The notes under the pieces are model-generated. The model worked only from the letters and a program-made list of their open reading frames with translations. It did no database searches and was not told the DNA's origin. This document shows, piece after piece, positions 10,690 through 25,800 of a DNA stretch of 64,000 nucleotides. Numbering within the stretch: the first letter of the stretch is position 1; every line of letters starts with the position of its first letter. This stretch comes from Auanema rhodensis (Eukaryota; Animalia; Nematoda), in NCBI GenBank assembly GCA_964057225.1, contig OZ059894.1, positions 22,692,001 through 22,756,000 of the forward strand. The letters are read 5' to 3'. The translations under genes were made by a program, and so were the position numbers.

Positions 10690-13497
10690 ATTAGTTATGA
10701 TCGTTTGAAAAATGATGCATTAGTGTATGTTGAGTTTCCATGTACACTCAACATTGCTTCCAAAAACATTTTGACAAAAATTTTTTCGAAAAATTTCAAA
10801 ATAATTTAGCAAAAAGTAGATGTTTTTAGATTCCTTTTTTCAAGGCAAAGACGATGGACAATGTTATTCAACGAAAAAATTAATTCTTCAGGGTGAAAAT
10901 CGAGGATATAAGTGTGAACTTATATCAGTTGATATCTCGGTGCATTTTTAAGCTAGCGCGAATCTGATAACACAGATCGACGCAGCTTAAAAATCCGCAT
11001 CGAATGCACTATACTACATTGAGAAACGCTTAATACAAAAATTAGTTATGATCGTTTGAAAAATGATGCATTAGTGTATGTTGAGTTTCCATGTACACTC
11101 AACATTGCTTCCAAAAACATTTTGACAAAAATTTTTTCGAAAAATTTCAAAATAATTTAGCAAAAAGTAGATGTTTTTAGATTCCTTTTTTCAAGGCAAA
11201 GACGATGGACAATGTTATTCAACGAAAAAATTAATTCTTCAGGGTGAAAATCGAGGATATAAGTGTGAACTTATATCAGTTGATATCTCGGTGCATTGTT
11301 AAGCTAGCGCAAATCTGATAACACAGATCGACGCAGCTTAAAAATCCGCATCGAATGCACTATACTACATTGAGAAACGCTTAATACAAAAATTAGTTAT
11401 GATCGTTTGAAAAATGATGCATTAGTGTATGTTGAGTTTCCATGTACACTCAACATTGCTTCCAAAAACATTTTGACAAAAATTTTTTCGAAAAATTTCA
11501 GAATAATTTAGCAAAAAGTAGATGTTTTTAGATTCCTTTTTTCAAGGCAAAGACGATGGTCAATGTTATTCAACGAAAAAATCAATTCTTCAGGGTGAAA
11601 ATCGAGGATATAAGTGTGAACTTATATCAGTTGATATCTCGGTGCATTTTTAAGCTAGCGCAAATCTGATAACACAGAACGACGCAGCTTAAAAATCCGC
11701 ATCGAATGCACTATACTACATTGAGAAACGCTTAATACAAAAATTAGTTATGATCGTTTGAAAAATGATGCATTAGTGTATGTTGAGTTTCCATGTACAC
11801 TCAACATTGCTTCCAAAAACATTTTGACAAAAATTTTTTCGAGAAATTTCAAAATAATTTAGCAAAAAGTAGATGTTTTTAGATTCCTTTTTTCAAGGCA
11901 AAGACGATGGACAATGTTATTCAACGAAAAAATTAATTCTTCAGGGTGAAAATCGAGGATATAAGTGTGAACTTATATCAGTTGATATCTCGGTGCATTT
12001 TTAAGCTAGCGCAAATCTGATAACACAGAACGACGCAGCTTAAAAATCCGCATCGAATGCACTATACTACATTGAGAAACGCTTAATACAAAAATTAGTT
12101 ATGATCGTTTGAAAAATGATGCATTAGTGTATGTTGAGTTTCCATGTACACTCAACATTGCTTCCAAAAACATTTTGACAAAAATTTTTTCGAGAAATTT
12201 CAAAATAATTTAGCAAAAAGTAGATGTTTTTAGATTCCTTTTTTCAAGGCAAAGACGATGGACAATGTTATTCAACGAAAAAATTAATTCTTCAGGGTGA
12301 AAATCGAGGATATAAGTGTGAACTTATATCAGTTGATATCTCGGTGCATTTTTAAGCTAGCGCGAATCTGATAACACAGATCGACGCAGCTTAAAAATCC
12401 GCATCGAATGCACTATACTACATTGAGAAACGCTTAATACAAAAATTAGTTATGATCGTTTGAAAAATGATGCATTAGTGTATGTTGAGTTTCCATGTAC
12501 ACTCAACATTGCTTCCAAAAACATTTTGACAAAAATTTTTTCGAAAAATTTCAAAATAATTTAGCAAAAAGTAGATGTTTTTAGATTCCTTTTTTCAAGG
12601 CAAAGACGATGGACAATGTTATTCAACGAAAAAATTAATTCTTCAGGGTGAAAATCGAGGATATAAGTGTGAACTTATATCAGTTGATATCTCGGTGCAT
12701 TGTTAAGCTAGCGCAAATCTGATAACACAGATCGACGCAGCTTAAAAATCCGCATCGAATGCACTATACTACATTGAGAAACGCTTAATACAAAAATTAG
12801 TTATGATCGTTTGAAAAATGATGCATTAGTGTATGTTGAGTTTCCATGTACACTCAACATTGCTTCCAAAAACATTTTGACAAAAATTTTTTCGAAAAAT
12901 TTCAGAATAATTTAGCAAAAAGTAGATGTTTTTAGATTCCTTTTTTCAAGGCAAAGACGATGGTCAATGTTATTCAACGAAAAAATCAATTCTTCAGGGT
13001 GAAAATCGAGGATATAAGTGTGAACTTATATCAGTTGATATCTCGGTGCATTTTTAAGCTAGCGCAAATCTGATAACACAGAACGACGCAGCTTAAAAAT
13101 CCGCATCGAATGCACTATACTACATTGAGAAACGCTTAATACAAAAATTAGTTATGATCGTTTGAAAAATGATGCATTAGTGTATGTTGAGTTTCCATGT
13201 ACACTCAACATTGCTTCCAAAAACATTTTGACAAAAATTTTTTCGAGAAATTTCAAAATAATTTAGCAAAAAGTAGATGTTTTTAGATTCCTTTTTTCAA
13301 GGCAAAGACGATGGACAATGTTATTCAACGAAAAAATTAATTCTTCAGGGTGAAAATCGAGGATATAAGTGTGAACTTATATCAGTTGATATCTCGGTGC
13401 ATTTTTAAGCTAGCGCAAATCTGATAACACAGAACGACGCAGCTTAAAAATCCGCATCGAATGCACTATACTACATTGAGAAACGCTTAATACAAAA
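10690..13497. repeat. 4-mer (1404 bp) tandem duplication
   Basis: The private marker gcgcGaatct occurs at 10960 and 12364 (1404 apart), each followed by the same order of monomer variants. Ends are approximate. Confidence 0.85.
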
Positions 13498-13848
13498 ATT
13501 AGTTATGATCGTTTGAAAAATGATGCATTAGTGTATGTTGAGTTTCCATGTACACTCAACATTGCTTCCAAAAACATTTTGACAAAAATTTTTTCGAGAA
13601 ATTTCAAAATAATTTAGCAAAAAGTAGATGTTTTTAGATTCCTTTTTTCAAGGCAAAGACGATGGACAATGTTATTCAACGAAAAAATTAATTCTTCAGG
13701 GTGAAAATCGAGGATATAAGTGTGAACTTATATCAGTTGATATCTCGGTGCATTTTTAAGCTAGCGCAAATCTGATAACACAGATCGACGCAGCTTAAAA
13801 ATCCGCATCGAATGCAATATACTACATTGAGAAACGCTTAATACAAAA

Positions 13849-16800
13849 ATTAGTTATGATCGTTTGAAAAATGATGCATTAGTGTATGTTGAGTTTCCAT
13901 GTACACTCAACATTGCTTCCAAAAACATTTTGACAAAAATTTTTTCGAAAAACTTCAAAATAATTTAGCAAAAAGTAGATGTTTTTAGATTCCTTTTTTC
14001 AAGGCAAAGACGATGGACAATGTTATTCAACGAAAAAATTAATTCTTCAGGGTGAAAATCGAGGATATAAGTGTGAACTTATATCAGTTGATATCTCGGT
14101 GCATTGTTAAGCTAGCGCAAATCTGATAACACAGATCGACGCAGCTTAAAAATCCGCATCGAATGCACTATACTACATTGAGAAACGCTTAATACAAAAA
14201 TTAGTTATGATCGTTTGAAAAATGATGCATTAGTGTATGTTGAGTTTCCATGTACACTCAACATTGCTTCCAAAAACATTTTGACAAAAATTTTTTCGAA
14301 AAATTTCAGAATAATTTAGCAAAAAGTAGATGTTTTTAGATTCCTTTTTTCAAGGCAAAGACGATGGTCAATGTTATTCAACGAAAAAATCAATTCTTCA
14401 GGGTGAAAATCGAGGATATAAGTGTGAACTTATATCAGTTGATATCTCGGTGCATTTTTAAGCTAGCGCAAATCTGATAACACAGAACGACGCAGCTTAA
14501 AAATCCGCATCGAATGCACTATACTACATTGAGAAACGCTTAATACAAGAATTAGTTATGATCGTTTGAAAAATGATGCATTAGTGTATGTTGAGTTTCC
14601 ATGTACACTCAACATTGCTTCCAAAAACATTTTGACAAAAATTTTTTCGAGAAATTTCAAAATAATTTAGCAAAAAGTAGATGTTTTTAGATTCCTTTTT
14701 TCAAGGCAAAGACGATGGACAATGTTATTCAACGAAAAAATTAATTCTTCAGGGTGAAAATCGAGGATATAAGTGTGAACTTATATCAGTTGATATCTCG
14801 GTGCATTTTTAAGCTAGCGCAAATCTGATAACACAGAACGACGCAGCTTAAAAATCCGCATCGAATGCACTATACTACATTGAGAAACGCTTAATACAAA
14901 AATTAGTTATGATCGTTTGAAAAATGATGCATTAGTGTATGTTGAGTTTCCATGTACACTCAACATTGCTTCCAAAAACATTTTGACAAAAATTTTTTCG
15001 AGAAATTTCAAAATAATTTAGCAAAAAGTAGATGTTTTTAGATTCCTTTTTTCAAGGCAAAGACGATGGACAATGTTATTCAACGAAAAAATTAATTCTT
15101 CAGGGTGAAAATCGAGGATATAAGTGTGAACTTATATCAGTTGATATCTCGGTGCATTTTTAAGCTAGTTTAATTTAGCATAAAGTAGATGTTTTTAGAT
15201 TCCATTTTTCAAGGCAAAGACGATGGACAATGATATTCAACAAAAAAATTAATTCTTCAGGGGGAAAATCGAGGATATAAGTGTGAACTTATATCAGTTG
15301 ATATCTCGGTGCATTTTTAAGCTAGCGCAAATCTGATAACACAGATCGACGCAGCTTAAAAATCCGCATCGAATGCACTATACTACATTGAGAAACGCTT
15401 AATACAAAAATTAGTTATGATCGTTTGAAAAATGATGCATTAGTGTATGTTGAGTTTCCATGTACACTCAACATTGCTTCCAAAAACATTTTGACAAAAA
15501 TTTTTTCGAAAAACTTCAAAATAATTTAGCAAAAAGTAGATGTTTTTAGATTCCTTTTTTCAAGGCAAAGACGATGGACAATGTTATTCAACGAAAAAAT
15601 TAATTCTTCAGGGTGAAAATCGAGGATATAAGTGTGAACTTATATCAGTTGATATCTCGGTGCATTGTTAAGCTAGCGCAAATCTGATAACACAGATCGA
15701 CGCAGCTTAAAAATCCGCATCGAATGCACTATACTACATTGAGAAACGCTTAATACAAAAATTAGTTATGATCGTTTGAAAAATGATGCATTAGTGTATG
15801 TTGAGTTTCCATGTACACTCAACATTGCTTCCAAAAACATTTTGACAAAAATTTTTTCGAAAAATTTCAGAATAATTTAGCAAAAAGTAGATGTTTTTAG
15901 ATTCCTTTTTTCAAGGCAAAGACGATGGTCAATGTTATTCAACGAAAAAATCAATTCTTCAGGGTGAAAATCGAGGATATAAGTGTGAACTTATATCAGT
16001 TGATATCTCGGTGCATTTTTAAGCTAGCGCAAATCTGATAACACAGAACGACGCAGCTTAAAAATCCGCATCGAATGCACTATACTACATTGAGAAACGC
16101 TTAATACAAGAATTAGTTATGATCGTTTGAAAAATGATGCATTAGTGTATGTTGAGTTTCCATGTACACTCAACATTGCTTCCAATAACATTTTGACAAA
16201 AATTTTTTCGAGAAATTTCAAAATAATTTAGCAAAAAGTAGATGTTTTTAGATTCCTTTTTTCAAGGCAAAGACGATGGACAATGTTATTCAACGAAAAA
16301 ATTAATTCTTCAGGGTGAAAATCGAGGATATAAGTGTGAACTTATATCAGTTGATATCTCGGTGCATTTTTAAGCTAGCGCAAATCTGATAACACAGAAC
16401 GACGCAGCTTAAAAATCCGCATCGAATGCACTATACTACATTGAGAAACGCTTAATACAAAAATTAGTTATGATCGTTTGAAAAATGATGCATTAGTGTA
16501 TGTTGAGTTTCCATGTACACTCAACATTGCTTCCAAAAACATTTTGACAAAAATTTTTTCGAGAAATTTCAAAATAATTTAGCAAAAAGTAGATGTTTTT
16601 AGATTCCTTTTTTCAAGGCAAAGACGATGGACAATGTTATTCAACGAAAAAATTAATTCTTCAGGGTGAAAATCGAGGATATAAGTGTGAACTTATATCA
16701 GTTGATATCTCGGTGCATTTTTAAGCTAGTTTAATTTAGCATAAAGTAGATGTTTTTAGATTCCATTTTTCAAGGCAAAGACGATGGACAATGATATTCA

Positions 16801-19800
16801 ACAAAAAAATTAATTCTTCAGGGGGAAAATCGAGGATATAAGTGTGAACTTATATCAGTTGATATCTCGGTGCATTTTTAAGCTAGCGCAAATCTGATAA
16901 CACAGATCGACGCAGCTTAAAAATCCGCATCGAATGCACTATACTACATCAAGAAACGCTTGATACAAAAATTAGTTATGATCGTTTGAAAAATGATGCA
17001 TTAGTGTATGTTGAGTTTCCATGTACACTCAACATTGCTTCCAAAAACATTTTGACAAAAATTTTTTCGAAAAATTTCAAAATAATTTAGCAAAAAGTAG
17101 ATGTTTTTAGATTCCATTTTTCAAGGCAAAGACGATAGACAATGTTATTCAACGAAAAAATCAATTCTTCAGGGTGAAAATCGAGGATATAAGTGTGAAC
17201 TTATATCAGTTGATATCTCGGTGCATTTTTAAGCTAGCGCAAATCTGATAACACAGATCGACGCAGCTTAAAAATCCGCATCGAATGCAATATACTACAT
17301 TGAGAAACGCTTAATACAAAAATTAGTTATGATCGTTTGAAAAATGATGCATTAGTGTATGTTGAGTTTCCATGTACACTCAACATTGCTTCCAAAAACA
17401 TTTTGACAAAAATTTTTTCGAAAAACTTCAAAATAATTTAGCAAAAAGTAGATGTTTTTAGATTCCTTTTTTCAAGGCAAAGACGATGGACAATGTTATT
17501 CAACGAAAAAATTAATTCTTCAGGGTGAAAATCGAGGATATAAGTGTGAACTTATATCAGTTGATATCTCGGTGCATTGTTAAGCTAGCGCAAATCTGAT
17601 AACACAGATCGACGCAGCTTAAAAATCCGCATCGAATGCACTATACTACATTGAGAAACGCTTAATACAAAAATTAGTTATGATCGTTTGAAAAATGATG
17701 CATTAGTGTATGTTGAGTTTCCATGTACACTCAACATTGCTTCCAAAAACATTTTGACAAAAATTTTTTCGAAAAATTTCAGAATAATTTAGCAAAAAGT
17801 AGATGTTTTTAGATTCCTTTTTTCAAGGCAAAGACGATGGTCAATGTTATTCAACGAAAAAATCAATTCTTCAGGGTGAAAATCGAGGATATAAGTGTGA
17901 ACTTATATCAGTTGATATCTCGGTTCATTTTTAAGCTAGCGCAAATCTGATAACACAGAACGACGCAGCTTAAAAATCCGCATCGAATGCACTATACTAC
18001 ATTGAGAAACGCTTAATACAAAAATTAGTTATGATCGTTTGAAAAATGATGCATTAGTGTATGTTGAGTTTCCATGTACACTCAACATTGCTTCCAAAAA
18101 CATTTTGACAAAAATTTTTTCGAGAAATTTCGAAATAATTTAGCAAAAAGTAGATGTTTTTAGATTCCTTTTTTCAAGGCAAAGACGATGGACAATGTTA
18201 TTCAACGAAAAAATTAATTCTTCAGGGTGAAAATCGAGGATATAAGTGTGAACTTATATCAGTTGATATCTCGGTGCATTTTTAAGCTAGCGCAAATCTG
18301 ATAACACAGAACGACGCAGCTTAAAAATCCGCATCGAATGCACTATACTACATTGAGAAACGCTTAATACAAAAATTAGTTATGATCGTTTGAAAAATGA
18401 TGCATTAGTGTATGTTGAGTTTCCATGTACACTCAACATTGCTTCCAAAAACATTTTGACAAAAATTTTTTCGAGAAATTTCAAAATAATTTAGCAAAAA
18501 GTAGATGTTTTTAGATTCCTTTTTTCAAGGCAAAGACGATGGACAATGTTATTCAACGAAAAAATTAATTCTTCAGGGTGAAAATCGAGGATATAAGTGT
18601 GAACTTATATCAGTTGATATCTCGGTGCATTTTTAAGCTAGTTTAATTTAGCATAAAGTAGATGTTTTTAGATTCCATTTTTCAAGGCAAAGACGATGGA
18701 CAATGATATTCAACAAAAAAATTAATTCTTCAGGGGGAAAATCGAGGATATAAGTGTGAACTTATATCAGTTGATATCTCGGTGCATTTTTAAGCTAGCG
18801 CAAATCTGATAACACAGAACGACGCAGCTTAAAAATCCGCATCGAATGCACTATACTACATTGAGAAACGCTTAATACAAAAATTAGTTATGATCGTTTG
18901 AAAAATGATGCATTAGTGTATGTTGAGTTTCCATGTACACTCAACATTGCTTCCAAAAACATTTTGACAAAAATTTTTTCGAGAAATTTCAAAATAATTT
19001 AGCAAAAAGTAGATGTTTTTAGATTCCTTTTTTCAAGGCAAAGACGATGGACAATGTTATTCAACGAAAAAATTAATTCTTCAGGGTGAAAATCGAGGAT
19101 ATAAGTGTGAACTTATATCAGTTGATATCTCGGTGCATTTTTAAGCTAGTTTAATTTAGCATAAAGTAGATGTTTTTAGATTCCATTTTTCAAGGCAAAG
19201 ACGATGGACAATGATATTCAACAAAAAAATTAATTCTTCAGGGGGAAAATCGAGGATATAAGTGTGAACTTATATCAGTTGATATCTCGGTGCATTTTTA
19301 AGCTAGCGCAAATCTGATAACACAGATCGACGCAGCTTAAAAATCCGCATCGAATGCAATATACTACATTGAGAAACGCTTAATACAAAAATTAGTTATG
19401 ATCGTTTGAAAAATGATGCATTAGTGTATGTTGAGTTTCCATGTACACTCAACATTGCTTCCAAAAACATTTTGACAAAAATTTTTTCGAAAAACTTCAA
19501 AATAATTTAGCAAAAAGTAGATGTTTTTAGATTCCTTTTTTCAAGGCAAAGACGATGGACAATGTTATTCAACGAAAAAATTAATTCTTCAGGGTGAAAA
19601 TCGAGGATATAAGTGTGAACTTATATCAGTTGATATCTCGGTGCATTGTTAAGCTAGCGCAAATCTGATAACACAGATCGACGCAGCTTAAAAATCCGCA
19701 TCGAATGCACTATACTACATTGAGAAACGCTTAATACAAAAATTAGTTATGATCGTTTGAAAAATGATGCATTAGTGTATGTTGAGTTTCCATGTACACT

Positions 19801-22800
19801 CAACATTGCTTCCAAAAACATTTTGACAAAAATTTTTTCGAAAAATTTCAGAATAATTTAGCAAAAAGTAGATGTTTTTAGATTCCTTTTTTCAAGGCAA
19901 AGACGATGGTCAATGTTATTCAACGAAAAAATCAATTCTTCAGGGTGAAAATCGAGGATATAAGTGTGAACTTATATCAGTTGATATCTCGGTTCATTTT
20001 TAAGCTAGCGCAAATCTGATAACACAGAACGACGCAGCTTAAAAATCCGCATCGAATGCACTATACTACATTGAGAAACGCTTAATACAAAAATTAGTTA
20101 TGATCGTTTGAAAAATGATGCATTAGTGTATGTTGAGTTTCCATGTACACTCAACATTGCTTCCAAAAACATTTTGACAAAAATTTTTTCGAAAAATTTC
20201 AGAATAATTTAGCAAAAAGTAGATGTTTTTAGATTCCTTTTTTCAAGGCAAAGACGATGGTCAATGTTATTCAACGAAAAAATCAATTCTTCAGGGTGAA
20301 AATCGAGGATATAAGTGTGAACTTATATCAGTTGATATCTCGGTTCATTTTTAAGCTAGCGCAAATCTGATAACACAGAACGACGCAGCTTAAAAATCCG
20401 CATCGAATGCACTATACTACATTGAGAAACGCTTAATACAAAAATTAGTTATGATCGTTTGAAAAATGATGCATTAGTGTATGTTGAGTTTCCATGTACA
20501 CTCAACATTGCTTCCAAAAACATTTTGACAAAAATTTTTTCGAGAAATTTCGAAATAATTTAGCAAAAAGTAGATGTTTTTAGATTCCTTTTTTCAAGGC
20601 AAAGACGATGGACAATGTTATTCAACGAAAAAATTAATTCTTCAGGGTGAAAATCGAGGATATAAGTGTGAACTTATATCAGTTGATATCTCGGTGCATT
20701 TTTAAGCTAGCGCAAATCTGATAACACAGAACGACGCAGCTTAAAAATCCGCATCGAATGCACTATACTACATTGAGAAACGCTTAATACAAAAATTAGT
20801 TATGATCGTTTGAAAAATGATGCATTAGTGTATGTTGAGTTTCCATGTACACTCAACATTGCTTCCAAAAACATTTTGACAAAAATTTTTTCGAGAAATT
20901 TCAAAATAATTTAGCAAAAAGTAGATGTTTTTAGATTCCTTTTTTCAAGGCAAAGACGATGGACAATGTTATTCAACGAAAAAATTAATTCTTCAGGGTG
21001 AAAATCGAGGATATAAGTGTGAACTTATATCAGTTGATATCTCGGTGCATTTTTAAGCTAGTTTAATTTAGCATAAAGTAGATGTTTTTAGATTCCATTT
21101 TTCAAGGCAAAGACGATGGACAATGATATTCAACAAAAAAATTAATTCTTCAGGGGGAAAATCGAGGATATAAGTGTGAACTTATATCAGTTGATATCTC
21201 GGTGCATTTTTAAGCTAGCGCAAATCTGATAACACAGATCGACGCAGCTTAAAAATCCGCATCGAATGCAATATACTACATTGAGAAACGCTTAATACAA
21301 AAATTAGTTATGATCGTTTGAAAAATGATGCATTAGTGTATGTTGAGTTTCCATGTACACTCAACATTGCTTCCAAAAACATTTTGACAAAAATTTTTTC
21401 GAAAAACTTCAAAATAATTTAGCAAAAAGTAGATGTTTTTAGATTCCTTTTTTCAAGGCAAAGACGATGGACAATGTTATTCAACGAAAAAATTAATTCT
21501 TCAGGGTGAAAATCGAGGATATAAGTGTGAACTTATATCAGTTGATATCTCGGTGCATTGTTAAGCTAGCGCAAATCTGATAACACAGATCGACGCAGCT
21601 TAAAAATCCGCATCGAATGCACTATACTACATTGAGAAACGCTTAATACAAAAATTAGTTATGATCGTTTGAAAAATGATGCATTAGTGTATGTTGAGTT
21701 TCCATGTACACTCAACATTGCTTCCAAAAACATTTTGACAAAAATTTTTTCGAAAAATTTCAGAATAATTTAGCAAAAAGTAGATGTTTTTAGATTCCTT
21801 TTTTCAAGGCAAAGACGATGGTCAATGTTATTCAACGAAAAAATCAATTCTTCAGGGTGAAAATCGAGGATATAAGTGTGAACTTATATCAGTTGATATC
21901 TCGGTTCATTTTTAAGCTAGCGCAAATCTGATAACACAGAACGACGCAGCTTAAAAATCCGCATCGAATGCACTATACTACATTGAGAAACGCTTAATAC
22001 AAAAATTAGTTATGATCGTTTGAAAAATGATGCATTAGTGTATGTTGAGTTTCCATGTACACTCAACATTGCTTCCAAAAACATTTTGACAAAAATTTTT
22101 TCGAGAAATTTCGAAATAATTTAGCAAAAAGTAGATGTTTTTAGATTCCTTTTTTCAAGGCAAAGACGATGGACAATGTTATTCAACGAAAAAATTAATT
22201 CTTCAGGGTGAAAATCGAGGATATAAGTGTGAACTTATATCAGTTGATATCTCGGTGCATTTTTAAGCTAGCGCAAATCTGATAACACAGAACGACGCAG
22301 CTTAAAAATCCGCATCGAATGCACTATACTACATTGAGAAACGCTTAATACAAAAATTAGTTATGATCGTTTGAAAAATGATGCATTAGTGTATGTTGAG
22401 TTTCCATGTACACTCAACATTGCTTCCAAAAACATTTTGACAAAAATTTTTTCGAGAAATTTCAAAATAATTTAGCAAAAAGTAGATGTTTTTAGATTCC
22501 TTTTTTCAAGGCAAAGACGATGGACAATGTTATTCAACGAAAAAATTAATTCTTCAGGGTGAAAATCGAGGATATAAGTGTGAACTTATATCAGTTGATA
22601 TCTCGGTGCATTTTTAAGCTAGTTTAATTTAGCATAAAGTAGATGTTTTTAGATTCCATTTTTCAAGGCAAAGACGATGGACAATGATATTCAACAAAAA
22701 AATTAATTCTTCAGGGGGAAAATCGAGGATATAAGTGTGAACTTATATCAGTTGATATCTCGGTGCATTTTTAAGCTAGCGCAAATCTGATAACACAGAT

Positions 22801-25800
22801 CGACGCAGCTTAAAAATCCGCATCGAATGCACTATACTACATTGAGAAACGCTTAATACAAAAATTAGTTATGATCGTTTGAAAAATGATGCATTAGTGT
22901 ATGTTGAGTTTCCATGTACACTCAACATTGCTTCCAAAAACATTTTGACAAAAAGTTTTTCGAAAAATTTCAGAATAATTTAGCAAAAAGTAGATGTTTT
23001 TAGATTCCTTTTTTCAAGGCAAAGACGATGGACGATGTTATTCAACGAAAAAATTAATTCTTCAGGGTGAAAATCGAGGATATAAGTGTGAACTTATATC
23101 AGTTGATATCTCGGTGCATTTTTAAGCTAGTTTAATTTAGCATAAAGTAGATGTTTTTAGATTCCATTTTTCAAGGCAAAGACGATGGACAATGATATTC
23201 AACAAAAAAATTAATTCTTCAGGGGGAAAATCGAGGATATAAGTGTGAACTTATATCAGTTGATATCTCGGTGCATTTTTAAGCTAGCGCAAATCTGATA
23301 ACACAGATCGACGCAGCTTAAAAATCCGCATCGAATGCACTATACTACATTGAGAAACGCTTAATACAAAAATTAGTTATGATCGTTTGAAAAATGATGC
23401 ATTAGTGTATGTTGAGTTTCCATGTACACTCAACATTGCTTCCAAAAACATTTTGACAAAAAGTTTTTCGAAAAATTTCAGAATAATTTAGCAAAAAGTA
23501 GATGTTTTCAGATTCCTTTTTTCAAGGCAAAGACGATGGACAATGTTATTCAACGAAAAAATTAATTCTTCAGGGTGAAAATCGAGGATATAAGTGTGAA
23601 CTTATATCAGTTGATATCTCGGTGCATTTTTAAGCTAGCGCAAATCTGATAACACAGAACGACGCAGCTTAAAAATCCGCATCGAATGCACTATACTACA
23701 TTGAGAAACGCTTAATACAAAAATTAGTTATGATCGTTTGAAAAATGATGCATTAGTGTATGTTGAGTTTCCATGTACACTCAACATTGCTTCCAAAAAC
23801 ATTTTGACAAAAATTTTTTCGAGAAATTTCGAAATAATTTAGCAAAAAGTAGATGTTTTTAGATTCCTTTTTTCAAGGCAAAGACGATGGACAATGTTAT
23901 TCAACGAAAAAATTAATTCTTCAGGGTGAAAATCGAGGATATAAGTGTGAACTTATATCAGTTGATATCTCGGTGCATTTTTAAGCTAGCGCAAATCTGA
24001 TAACAAAGAACGACGCAGCTTAAAAATCCGCATCGAATGCACTATACTACATTGAGAAACGCTTAATACAAAAATTAGTTATGATCGTTTGAAAAATGAT
24101 GCATTAGTGTATGTTGAGTTTCCATGTACACTCAACATTGCTTCCAAAAACATTTTGACAAAAATTTTTTCGAAAAATTTCAGAATAATTTAGCAAAAAG
24201 TAGATGTTTTTAGATTCCTTTTTTCAAGGCAAAGACGATGGTCAATGTTATTCAACGAAAAAATCAATTCTTCAGGGTGAAAATCGAGGATATAAGTGTG
24301 AACTTATATCAGTTGATATCTCGGTTCATTTTTAAGCTAGCGCAAATCTGATAACACAAAACGACGCAGCTTAAAAATCCGCATCGAATGCACTATACTA
24401 CATTGAGAAACGCTTAATACAAAAATTAGTTATGATCGTTTGAAAAATGATGCATTAGTGTATGTTGAGTTTCCATGTACACTCAACATTGCTTCCAAAA
24501 ACATTTTGACAAAAATTTTTTCGAGAAATTTCGAAATAATTTAGCAAAAAGTAGATGTTTTTAGATTCCTTTTTTCAAGGCAAAGACGATGGACAATGTT
24601 ATTCAACGAAAAAATTAATTCTTCAGGGTGAAAATCGAGGATATAAGTGTGAACTTATATCAGTTGATATCTCGGTGCATTTTTAAGCTAGCGCAAATCT
24701 GATAACACAGAACGACGCAGCTTAAAAATCCGCATCGAATGCACTATACTACATTGAGAAACGCTTAATACAAAAATTAGTTATGATCGTTTGAAAAATG
24801 ATGCATTAGTGTATGTTGAGTTTCCATGTACACTCAACATTGCTTCCAAAAACATTTTGACAAAAATTTTTTCGAGAAATTTCAAAATAATTTAGCAAAA
24901 AGTAGATGTTTTTAGATTCCTTTTTTCAAGGCAAAGACGATGGACAATGTTATTCAACGAAAAAATTAATTCTTCAGGGTGAAAATCGAGGATATAAGTG
25001 TGAACTTATATCAGTTGATATCTCGGTGCATTTTTAAGCTAGTTTAATTTAGCATAAAGTAGATGTTTTTAGATTCCATTTTTCAAGGCAAAGACGATGG
25101 ACAATGATATTCAACAAAAAAATTAATTCTTCAGGGGGAAAATCGAGGATATAAGTGTGAACTTATATCAGTTGATATCTCGGTGCATTTTTAAGCTAGC
25201 GCAAATCTGATAACACAGATCGACGCAGCTTAAAAATCCGCATCGAATGCAATATACTACATTGAGAAACGCTTAATACAAAAATTAGTTATGATCGTTT
25301 GAAAAATGATGCATTAGTGTATGTTGAGTTTCCATGTACACTCAACATTGCTTCCAAAAACATTTTGACAAAAATTTTTTCGAAAAACTTCAAAATAATT
25401 TAGCAAAAAGTAGATGTTTTTAGATTCCTTTTTTCAAGGCAAAGACGATGGACAATGTTATTCAACGAAAAAATTAATTCTTCAGGGTGAAAATCGAGGA
25501 TATAAGTGTGAACTTATATCAGTTGATATCTCGGTGCATTGTTAAGCTAGCGCAAATCTGATAACACAGATCGACGCAGCTTAAAAATCCGCATCGAATG
25601 CACTATACTACATTGAGAAACGCTTAATACAAAAATTAGTTATGATCGTTTGAAAAATGATGCATTAGTGTATGTTGAGTTTCCATGTACACTCAACATT
25701 GCTTCCAAAAACATTTTGACAAAAATTTTTTCGAAAAATTTCAGAATAATTTAGCAAAAAGTAGATGTTTTTAGATTCCTTTTTTCAAGGCAAAGACGAT

